Assembly (NCBI GenBank): GCA_965644295.1
Contig: CBFFRP010000338.1
Span: forward strand, 62,001-126,000
Reading direction: 5' to 3'
DNA: 64,000 bases
Source: Paraphysomonas bandaiensis
Taxonomy: Eukaryota; Protista; Chrysophyceae
This document shows, one piece after another, positions 1-10,304 of the stretch (positions are counted from its first letter, which is position 1; each line of letters starts with the position of its first letter). The notes under the pieces were generated by a model that was given only the letters and a program-made list of their open reading frames with translations, searched no databases and had not been told where the DNA came from. Position numbers and translations under genes: made by a program.

Positions 1-2190
1 CACGCTATTTTTGGTGGAATAACCTAGTCAAAGTAATAAATGACTCAACCTAGTCAACTTTGGTATTCAACCTAGTCGTTCTTATATCCATTGATTACAC
101 ACTGTGACTGTCTAAGATACCATCTCACACCACACAATATATTAGTGGCTTACAGAGCATCACAACAAACACTCAAACATAACAATAAGCTCATGTATAC
201 ATATCTACATAACACAGATGTACGTGTATGTCTATCTAGCCTATCTGTAGCATGTATGCATATAGCGATGGGTCCCTGTGAGTGTTATGGGGAGGAGGGT
301 CCATGAAGCTGTGGGCATAACTCACTCTATGATCCGCAGGACATCTTGAGATCTTCATATGCTGGGAGTGATGGCGCTCATCTTCCTTCACTTCAGCACT
401 GAATGAATGACTTCGATTGCTGCATTGGCTTTCAGGGGTGCATAAATCTCCCTATTTTTAGTCCAACGGAAAAAAAAGGAGGTTTTCAGGGAACAAAATT
501 CTAAAAGCAGCATCATTGAAGTGGACTGTAGAGCAGCATCAGAACATCAGCATCATGAGTGTGTCATCAGTCTTACAGCATCATGAGTGTGTCATCAGTC
601 TTACAGTATCATGAGTGTGTCATCAGTCTTACAGCATCATGAGTGTGTCATCAGTCTTACAGCATCATGAGTGTGTCATCAGTCTTACAGCATCATGAGT
701 GTGTCATCAGTCTTACAGCATCATGAGTGTGTCATCAGAACATCAGCATCATGAGTGTGTCATCAGTCTTACAGCATCATGAGTGTGTCATCAGTCTTAC
801 AGTATCATGAGTGTGTCATCAGTCTTACAGCATCATGAGTGTGTCATCAGTCTTACAGCATCATGAGTGTGTCATTTGTCTTACAGTATCATGAGTGTGT
901 CATCAGTCTTACAGCATCATGAGTGTGTCATTTGTCTTACAGTATCATGAGTGTGTCATCAGTCTTACAGCATCATGAGTGTGTCATCAGAACATCAGCA
1001 TCATGAGTGTGTCATCAGTCTTACAGCATCATGAGTGTGTCATCAGTCTTACAGCATCATGAGTGTGTCATCAGTCTTACAGTATCATGAGTGTGTCATC
1101 AGTCTTACAGCATCATGAGTGTGTCATCAGTCTTACAGCATCATGAGTGTGTCATCAGAACATCAGCATCATGAGTGCGTCATCAGTCTTACAGTATCAT
1201 CATGAGTGTGTCATCAGTCTTACAGTATCATCATGGTCATGTGCATCGAGACTGCCTCCCTGGCGCATGCGCAATTGTAGACCCCGGTCCTCAAAACTGT
1301 AAGCGCATGGATGTTATAGTCCAGGGTAGAAATGAGGTTCATTGGTAAGTATAACGACTCATGGATTATTCATCATTAACAGCGGATAAATTTTTATAGG
1401 TACGTGAACTCAAAGAGGAACTTGTTCATTATTGAACATACGAGGGAGAACAGAATGTGCAAATCTTATATAGATATGTTTCATTCCGTCAAAAGGAAAG
1501 ATCGACTTGCAGTACATCACTTGAGAGGTATGGGTAGTACATTTCTTTCTTAATTATATTTCTTAATATTGCCACCAGGGGACATTGATGTGAAGCACAT
1601 GTCCAGCTCGATCAGGCCTGCTAGGAAACGCGGCCGGCCTCGCAATGCAGCAAAAGCTTTAATCAATGATGAATCCATTGATGTCATGGCCCTCAAGCCA
1701 GGGAACTGGAAGAATACGTACGTTCGCCACCCCCAGTACCTGAATGGTATGTGCGTAGATTACCGCGTAGTGCCAAATCACAAGAATGAAAAACTCCTTC
1801 GATGGCAGTGTCGGTTCTCGGATGCCCTGATGACATACTTCCACACCCTAAGATTGTTGGGTTCGATGTCCATGAAATGAAGGAGGCTGTCGAACTTCAC
1901 CGGACTTGGTCACGAGAAACTGCGCATTTCTCGTTCGATTGCGAAGACGAAATGTGATGCATTGCATGTGTACAATAGATGCATTTGCATTAATTGATGG
2001 CTAGAGTATGCTCCCATGTTTGAGTAGAAGTTATTATTTTTGACTAGGTGAATACCTTAAAACACCTAGTCATTGTAAACTGAAAATATGAATTATTAAA
2101 TGACTAGGTTTTTCACCTACTTGACTAGGTTTTTACACCAATTTTGGTGTGACTAGGTAGTTCAACCATTTTGACTAGGTTGAATAATAC
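1..2190 (+). mobile_element. Decayed DNA transposon, probably Mutator-like (MULE), with repeated subterminal inverted motifs; left end probably upstream of the window
   Basis: ACCTAGTC(A) occurs three times at 20-78, and its reverse complement TGACTAGGT about five times at 2041-2187 (GGTATTCAACCTAGTC at 62-77 mirrors GACTAGGTTGAATA near 2174-2187). An internal remnant reads LAVHHLR-(GT..AG intron)-GDIDVKHMSSSIRPARKRGRPRNAAKAL, resembling the tail after the SWIM finger of MULE transposases. Confidence 0.55.
548..1235. repeat. 28-bp minisatellite, about 24 copies (consensus CAGCATCATGAGTGTGTCATCAGTCTTA)
   Basis: Directly visible tandem array with period 28 (units start at 548, 576, 604...) and recurrent variants. 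Confidence 0.97.
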
Positions 2191-2525
2191 ATCCCATTAC
2201 ATATATAAAAATTTGGGGTTATTGTTTGAGTTGATCTACAGTGCAATTGCTATTCCCAAAAAGCAAACACACAGTGTTCATACCATTTTAAACAATATGA
2301 ATTCTCATTTGTTTTCTTAATATTTATCAGAAAACACCTATTTTTTATTTAAGCAAGCAAGCTACTAATAGCTATACAATCTAATATTAATTTTTAACAT
2401 CATGAGGATAAGTTACAATTTCCTAGGGATAAGGAGTGTCTTCTCTTGTCTAAAATTTAAAACTCGGGCGGGCGTTTCACCCTCAATTCAAAATTTTGAG
2501 CGCGGGACGGTTAAATATAGCTATT
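2190..2525 (+). repeat. Partial (3') copy of the unclassified repeat family also at 37317-39465 and 53560-53995
   Basis: CATGAGGATAAG..TAGGGATAAGGAGT..AAAATTTTGAGCGCGGGACG is shared with the copies near 38427-38540 and 39330-39425. Confidence 0.85.
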
Positions 2526-3127
2526 ATATTAATAATACTGAAACTTCAATGTTTTAAAATATTGATGTAGTAGTTATGTACCTACGTACCAACTATGTAT
2601 AATAATATATATAGTATATGGTATATAGTCATGTAATGTGTTGGTGGAACGAGAACTATCGAAAGGTTATTCATGGATAATTTCTATTGAGCTTTTTGTT
2701 TTTATCCGCATATAAGAAGATACGGGTGGTTATTGTGGAAGCGCTGAGGCAGCCATCGGGGCTTTGGCAGGGGGTGGCCAACATAGGATTCGATTCGCAG
2801 CTATCTCTTCTGCTGTGTATGAGGAATTTCACTTGAATTAGTAAAGTCAGTCAACCTTGAATACAACATAGTAGTTGCAGATGAATTTGGTCTTGGACAG
2901 ATTGCCATTATAATTTAAGGTTTTGGGGATGACTTCCACAGTGTTTGGGATAAATCTGACAACTGGATTTCACATAGATTTTGCTGTTCTTATTCTCTTT
3001 AAGTACATCATATCATCTTTTACAATTCTCTGCCCTACGATGGCAAATACAGTCCAACATAAAGTTTCACTCTATTAACCAGCTCCAAGCCCAATGTCTC
3101 TATTGAGACTGTGGCTGAGTCACATCA

Positions 3128-4530
3128 GTGTGCCCAGGGCCTTTTACACTCCCTTACTGCTGCATTTTGTTGACCACCACGCTTCCGACAAATTACCTGT
3201 CACACCATGTTGTACACGCTCCAAGCCTGGCCTTGCAATCTTCACCCTACTCAACTACTTCAGTTAAACCACGTGCCTGCACCAATGCAGCGCTGACCGC
3301 ACCTACGTGCTATCCCCTCAGCAGACAACTTCGTCTCACCCATCGCTTTCTACGGCTACAACCTCTCAGAACATGGCTCGTGCGAGCAGGCTCACGAAAA
3401 CGACCCCCATGGACCCCCTATGCAATCACTGAATACTCTCGATCCCTCTCAACTGTGCAACAGGGCTGCCTTCTGCCGCCCACTCAGCCCAACCCAACAT
3501 GGTTTGTCTGTGGTCCATCCACCCAGCAGGCTACCCCCTCACCCTGTTCACCTATCACCCCCACAGCCCATCCATCTCATTGGATAGACACTGTATTCCG
3601 CATACGGTTTACTCGACTACTGTACTACTGTGTCCTACAGGATGTATACCATTCCGTGTATACCTCTACTGCTGTTGGACACATCACCATGTCCATGTAC
3701 CTGTATACCTGTACTGTTGGACACATCACCATGTCCATGTACCTGTATACCGGTACTGTTGGACACATCACCAGCTCTCTCTCTCTGTCCAACACACTCA
3801 TAACACCACTGCAGTGTCATACACACACACAGTACACTCTACCTCCTCCTAGAAAACCCCCGGACAAACTATCGCCTCTCCCTTACTGGGCGTACTGGTC
3901 CACCCACCATTCCTCCTTCCTTCCACAAACTCAATTCCTTCCATCTTATGATGTGTTTTGCTCCAACGATCACTTCTTCCTGGACACCAAATACCCGGTG
4001 GAGTTGGAACTACACGCGCTACTCGAGAGAATTCCTGACCTTGTCATCATGCGTCTCCAAAATGTGTTGCAATGTCATTCCAAGGGAATGCAAGGAGTCC
4101 ACCGTGCCAGGTCCATCAACCATCCCTCCCACGCCCTTCAGGGGAAGGAATTCTCCTCCGATAACAGCGGTGACGGACCCAGCAAATCGGACCTAGGTGC
4201 ACTCAGGACCCTAATTCAGAATGCTGAGCCCCCTCCAAAACCAATGGAGACCCATCCCAAAGGGAGACCCCCAGATCAAAAGCGCCGGTGAGTCCACGGA
4301 CACACGATAAAGGCGAATTTCATATCACACAAAAAGAACGGAAGTGGTTGCACCTTGGTGCTTGCGGCGACGCACAAGCAGCTTTCGTAGCGTTAAATAG
4401 TAGGATAAAAGAGTTTGTATTGATTAGTTACGGGTAGTGGTCTAACTAGTATGACTAGCATTCTTCTAGCCACTAATTGATGCAAGGTCTCAACGCCTAT
4501 TGCTAAATAATCAGACATTCACTACTCATC
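3128..4530 (+). mobile_element. Unclassified repeat element: Pro-rich 387-codon ORF ending KGRPPDQKRR, followed by a conserved non-coding block
   Basis: ORF 3128-4291 is intronless and low-complexity. A diverged homolog lies at about 24100-24670 (LLNTTHPIE vs FLDTKYPVE; KPPDTRRYPEGCPPDK). The block at 4348-4530 is repeated at about 25479-25630. Confidence 0.5.
3657..3773 (+). repeat. 42-bp tandem repeat, about 2.7 copies (CTGTTGGACACATCACCATGTCCATGTACCTGTATACCTGTA)
   Basis: Units start at 3672, 3714 and 3756; in frame they give a 14-aa repeat, TVGHITMSMYLYTx. Confidence 0.93.
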
Positions 4531-5122
4531 TTTTACATGCTTGAATGGTTTAAACTTAATTAACTGAATGTGGTATGTACTAAATACTTTAACTATAAAT
4601 AACAATCAATTTCACCTTCTATCATTTTTTGTCATTCGCCAAATACTATTTTTTATGTTAGTATCTCTCAACTATCAATCATTTTCATACGATCTTATAT
4701 AAACACGATCTTATACGGCCAATATATTTCAGTTCACTACCATAACAATTACCATCATGACATGGGTTCTCATAATACTATTGACCACTAAGAGTATTCT
4801 TCAAGTAACGACGGCCATAAGTCAAATACCTTAGAACTACAGTTTTTAATTGCTCTCAAACAGCAAAACTCAAGCCATAATACATATTGCACTGTATTAT
4901 GCCCTACTTGTACACTATAATATGAAAACTCATAATATCTTAGAGAAGGGACAGACATTGTCGATGAGCTCCTAATGTAATAGAAAAGCGGTTATGTAGC
5001 ATACATAACAAACGGTTGATTATACCCTAATCTCACAGAGATTTATCATAGCATACATAATATACAGTTTTACAGAAACTACTAGAATAATATTACATTA
5101 CTATTAGCTAACTATAACTCTT

Positions 5123-6301
5123 CTACCTATCAATGTGACGTGATACACGCAACGATGGTATTTTCGCTCCACTCAATCGCAAAGCATGGATACTGAGACC
5201 GCAATATTTTTTAATATCATCCGAGGTGACAACACCACGCATAATTAAGCGCTTGAGAATATATCGTGGAGGAACTTTGCTGTGATGGAAGGCAAAGACA
5301 ATATCATCGTGGCTGTCTGTACCAATGCTGCTTATAGCTTTAAGCATTGGATTACCACGCACTGAATTCAAAGCAAACCTGCCCTTGCGCGGTCTAATAC
5401 AAGTCCCTCTTAAATATTCTCGTTTACTGACTTCACTCAACACACTCCATACACCACCTTGTTCCCAAGGCCATCCCCAGTATCCTTCGCATGGAGTCTT
5501 AAGAAACCATGAACTGTCGAACTTCTTGAAGTATTCAGGATCGTTTCCAACTTTCCACACGTCACGTAAAAATTCCTCACTTCGACGTCCATTACGAATT
5601 CCCATGACACCAGTGTTAATGTTTACAGAATAATCTGGATTAATATCCTGTGAAACCCAAAGAAAAGGTTGATTCAACGCACCAGGCATATCAGGCATGG
5701 CGTTATGTCGAATAGATTTTCCTAAGGTATACAGTACTTTACCGAGCATCCAGCCGTCATCTTTCAATCGTAATAGTCTTGATTGGAGTTCCACAGTAGA
5801 TTCTCGAATAGAATAAAATTGAGGTTTAGAACGCCTAGAGAGAATGCCGTCTGGTAACCCAAGACAGGAACTTTGACTAGATATATAAGGTGGGAGGAAT
5901 TTATCTAATGTATGCTGGAAACTATCATCACTTATAAATGCATCAAGGTCAACCCATAATATAACGTCCACGTCTTTAATGTATTCTTGTATGAATGGAA
6001 TTTTATTCCATGCAGTCATATTGGCAGCAGAGCAGTTACCGTAAGACCTGTTACTATACGAGGACAAATCCATCTCCACGTGAAACGCATAGCTATGCAC
6101 TCGAGCATAGAGGTGAGCTAAACATACACTGTACTGGGTAGACATTCTCTCTGAGGAAAACATGTTTGCGCTGCCACCCATTACAATGCCATATCTTAGA
6201 GATTCATTGTGGAAGGATGCCGGATAAAAAGTCCATTTGGAGTTTGATTGCGCATAAGTTTGAGTACAGTAACACACAAAGAAAAAAAAACAGGTAAGCA
6301 T
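5123..6301 (-). CDS. Glycosyltransferase, GT34/GMA12-MNN10-like (GT-A fold)
   Basis: 392-aa ORF with a hydrophobic N-terminus and motifs WNKI, ILWVDLDAF (DxD), INTGVMGIRN and WEQGGV, as in GT34 galactosyl/mannosyltransferases. Confidence 0.75.
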   Translation of the reverse strand: MLTCFFFFVCYCTQTYAQSNSKWTFYPASFHNESLRYGIVMGGSANMFSSERMSTQYSVCLAHLYARVHSYAFHVEMDLSSYSNRSYGNCSAANMTAWNKIPFIQEYIKDVDVILWVDLDAFISDDSFQHTLDKFLPPYISSQSSCLGLPDGILSRRSKPQFYSIRESTVELQSRLLRLKDDGWMLGKVLYTLGKSIRHNAMPDMPGALNQPFLWVSQDINPDYSVNINTGVMGIRNGRRSEEFLRDVWKVGNDPEYFKKFDSSWFLKTPCEGYWGWPWEQGGVWSVLSEVSKREYLRGTCIRPRKGRFALNSVRGNPMLKAISSIGTDSHDDIVFAFHHSKVPPRYILKRLIMRGVVTSDDIKKYCGLSIHALRLSGAKIPSLRVSRHIDR

Positions 6302-6462
6302 TAAAGGCGTAGGTCACAATCGCATGGGCAGAGCCAATATCTATATATATGCACTACAATTCTAGGATATATTACGTCCACACCCTGGACCTATTTATGG
6401 AGTACATGCACCTTGTACTTGCTGCTGCTTGTTAAGGCAGTTGTGATTTTTGTTGTTGTCTA

Positions 6463-6478
6463 GGTATACGGCGGTATA
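6463..6478. promoter_or_regulatory. Candidate promoter motif GGTATACGGCGGTATA in a divergent intergenic region
   Basis: An identical 16-mer occurs at 18545-18560 in another head-to-head promoter. Confidence 0.4.
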
Positions 6479-6505
6479 CCAACTACAGGAATACCAGTAT
6501 ACCAG

Positions 6506-6702
6506 GGAGACGTTTTTTGACAAAGTGGACCAGCCCTCCTCTTGTCGGACTGTATTTGGTCCCACTCGAAATAAAAAAATTGTTCATTTTGACCACAATT
6601 TCAAAGCTCTACACTCATATCCATAGATATTCCATACGAAAAAACACAATACAAAAAAATAAAGTGGGACCAGACTGGTCCGCTTTGTCGAAAAACGTCT
6701 CC
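6506..6702. mobile_element. MITE of about 197 bp with 28-bp terminal inverted repeats
   Basis: Left end GGAGACGTTTTTTGACAAAGTGGACCAG vs reverse complement of right end GGAGACGTTTTTCGACAAAGCGGACCAG (26/28). There is a second inner inverted pair (TGGTCCCACT/AGTGGGACCA) and an AT-rich non-coding interior. Confidence 0.8.
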
Positions 6703-6925
6703 AGGTATACTACGAAGACCAGTACAGTATACTCTGTCGTACACAAAACTCATATCCGGATGCACCGTACACACGAAAGGGATTGAATGTATTGAATCAT
6801 TGAATATCTTCTTGATATGATTGGCTAGGTATATGGTACACCGCCCCACTGATGACTTGGTTGTTAAATTGGTGCCGCAATATCAATTCGAACTTGAATT
6901 GAAATATATTTCAATTGTATTCGCA

Positions 6926-8833
6926 ATGGATGAAAGGAATCTGCCAACTGGAACTCTGAATGAATTCGATGATGATAACGAGCCAGGGAATACCTTTTTA
7001 CCCCCTGTAATCTATAAAACCCCTTTGGACCGTCTCAACTTTCAAACGGTAAGAAGAATAAGTGGGCTTGACTCAATGAGATGCGAGTCGATCTTATTTT
7101 ATGATACAGCAATCATATACACTAGACCTACCACAGCAAATATTTGTGACATTTGAGGACGAACGATCGAGGTTAGTAGAAGTAATACGCGTTTTTATCC
7201 TATAATGGGCTACATAACAGTGGACTTGCTGCCATTATATCTTTGCTATTAAATTTAGCAGTTGTACTGAGTGCCACAGTATACGTTGTGTCAACTGATT
7301 CTAGTTTAACGTAAGGGCGAGACTTCAAAACCATACGCTTATTGTGTTGATTTCTGATTTAGAGTCCAAACTACATCTTGTGATAAACCAGCGTGTGATC
7401 ATGACCCTAATCTCTGTCCTGGCGAAGTTATTTGTCCTCCTACACAAGATGAGAGATTTGAATATATCGAAGCTTTTTGTGTACTGTTATTTGTTGTGGA
7501 TTATGTCGTGAGGGTGGCGACTGTATCACATGTACCTGCTAGGGTAGCAGGGCTGGTGAATCTTCCATGGGATATTGATGCCGCGAGTATATCACCAGAG
7601 CCAGAGTTCTCTCCGTTCATGCATATTGTGAAGTATCTTGTTAAACCTATGAATATTATCGACCTTGTTGCTATTGTTCCGTTTTTCATTCATTATTTCA
7701 CACCTTTGGATTCATCGTTTTCAGTGATCCGCATATTCCGCTTGGGGCGCGTTTTACGCGTCCTTAAATTCACCAAGACTGGTTCAACGATGGAAGCTTT
7801 TGGACTGACATTTGAAAATAGTGCTTCGGCGTTGCTCATAATGACATTTTTTACGAGTTTAGGAGTGGTAGTGTTTGCTTCGCTGATATACTTATTTGAA
7901 CAGGGGGAATTCGTTGTCAGTGACGAGTACCCGGATGGTGCCTATATTCGCCAGAGTGTGACACCAGGGGAGCGGGAAATATCGCCATTTACATCCATAG
8001 GGTCATCTTTGTACTGGGCAAGTGTGACATTGACGACTCTGGGTTATGGTAATGAGTACTCATAGTTATGTTGTGTTCCATAAAGCATATTTTCAGGTGA
8101 CATGTATCCCACATCTACTGTGGGTAGATTCTTTACTATGATATGGATGTTCTGTGGTGTCTTACTTATAGCACTGCCAATTTCTGTTCTTGGAAGCAAT
8201 TTTTCAGTAGCATTGAAATCTATCGACGAAAGGAACAAGAAGAAAAGGATGTCACGGTGGAAAGTGTTGAGAAAGTCGTTAATTAAGAACGTACGAAGTG
8301 CTTCTATAACCCTTGGTTCTGGTGGAGGAAAAAGTCCATCAGGTGTAATGAAAGCAATAAACTCCGTGATGAACCTCACTGGTCGTAGAAAAGGGTCAGC
8401 TCCGCCATGTATGGATTCCATGGAGATGGCTTCAATTTCTCGAGCTGGCACCTTCGGGGACGAAAGCGTCATTTCCAGTGCCACTACAAAGAATGACAAC
8501 GGTGATGGAGGTACTGGAATGGAAAGTAAAACTTATCGTATTTCAGAAGAGAATACGTTAGACCCTTCTCAAAGTGACTCTACCCATGAGCAACAAGTAG
8601 AGTGTGAAGGAAGAGTATGTCCGACATGTTTGTCTGTCACCAATTCCAATGTCAGGGAGAAGCCTTATTCATCTACACGGACGGACCAAGTGTATTGTAG
8701 CATGACACGAATAAATGCTCTTACTGTGCAAATAGCCAAGTTACTTGATGAATTAGAGGACGAAAAAGAAAGGGTTGTATTACTTTCAAAAGCCCGGATA
8801 GACGCCGCCAGAGGTGTTGACCCGATTATGTAG
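6926..8833 (+). CDS. Voltage-gated potassium channel (Kv-like, 6TM), multi-exon
   Basis: S3 NIIDLVAIVPF, S4 VIRIFRLGRVLRVLKF, pore TLTTLGYGDMYP (rebuilt across an intron at about 8049-8097) and S6 LIALPISVLGSNF. Four GT-AG introns. Confidence 0.93.
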
Positions 8834-9345
8834 TTATTTTTGGTGGTGTGAATCTCTACCTCATAACGCGATATATATGCACAATGGTTATATACTATAT
8901 CACTGTTCTTGTAGTGTTATTCACATTGAGTGCTGTGGCATAGATGGAAGTGGTGTTGGTTCGTTGTAAATTGTGCTATATTGTGCTGGTCTCTATTTGT
9001 CAGTATACTTTTCAAGAAGTTCTATCTTTGACTGAAATTGCTATTACTCCGTTGAAAAACAAAACTTGTAGCTTATTATGACTGAGTTATCGAAATAGAT
9101 TAAAAGAAACAAGCGCTCAATGATTTAAACTTTTAAACGTTGTGTGGATCTGTGCAACCACACCTATAATGAGTGGGAATACACCATACCTTGCATGAGG
9201 AGATACCTGGGCAACTATGATCCAAAATTAATTAGCAGAGTGTCAGAATTGGACATTAACATATGTTTCCTATCTTCATGTTATGATTGGAACAGTAATT
9301 ACTAAGGCGAATGCAAAAAATAGTGGTGTAGCTGACTACACAGAT

Positions 9346-9396
9346 ACTCTAATAATCACAACATTGTTTTGCTATTACTAAGATCAATTCTTTATT
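9346..9396 (+). repeat. Fragment of the 3' end of the LTR found at 31818-31868
   Basis: 48 of 51 nt are identical to the reverse complement of 31818-31868. Confidence 0.8.
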
Positions 9397-10304
9397 GTAA
9401 TACATAATACATACTATGAGCTACATTTAACCGTTGGGGAATTCAGGCTTTTCACTCTCGTTTCAAAATTTGACCATAATTAAATATATTTACGTGGTCA
9501 ATCTTTAAGTATCTATTCTGTAATATAATGTACAGGCGAATAACACAACGAATAAGCAGTACAGTATCACAGAATACAGAATAATATTGAATATGGAGTA
9601 CTTTCTCAACGTAGAGTAAAACCAGTATTACAATAATTAAAATGAAGCGAACTGCAAGAATGTATATTTGTGGAATGGACTGCCGATATATAGTATTATT
9701 GACTATCTCTCTCATATTAAACCGGAGTGGTCTTTTTTGACTCTCTCCGACGTTACTCAAGAATTGCATGTGCAAAACTGCAAGCACAATGGTGTAACCG
9801 TTCGGAGTGCCTCTTCCATAGCGGAACCATATAGTAAATAGGGCATATCCTGGAATAAGAGGAAAACAACCGTAATCAATGGTAGAACGAGAAAAGCTGG
9901 AGATTAATATTTATAAAAGCCTAGGGAGATAAGGGGTAATTAATTGCAGGAAGAACAGAGCACGGGACAACGGAGTTCGCAGGTGGAGAAAACATTATGT
10001 CCTAGGCCACATGATCATGGCTGCAGGCCTTTCGGTCAACTGCCTGCCCTTCTTGCAGCCTAGAAACAGGGAAATGCCAAAAACAAAATTAAAAACAGGT
10101 TTTGAAGTTTATAAAATACGGCTATTCTTAGTATTTATGACACTTTTACAAAAAATTGCCAGATGAGCATCATAGAATTGAATTAGTTGCCATAGAGCTG
10201 TTGTTATATTGTACTGATCTCAGTGTCGCAACTGTGACCGATTAATTAGTATTGGTCGGTTGGTTAATATTTTGAAAAGTGAACAATTTACATTGCAAGT
10301 TCTG

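Noticed and set aside
548-1235. CRISPR-like array or tandem hammerhead ribozymes (CTGATGA on the minus strand of most units)
   Set aside because: Units are contiguous with no unique spacers and no cas genes; there is no GAAA core or stems for a hammerhead.
4355-4392. Group II intron domain V look-alike (GNRA loop, AC bulge)
   Set aside because: It lacks the AGC/CGC catalytic triad and the basal pairs; there is no domain VI or RT nearby.
9790-10070. LTR-like GC-richer patch upstream of SLC33A1
   Set aside because: No second copy, PBS or coding remnant in the window supports it.
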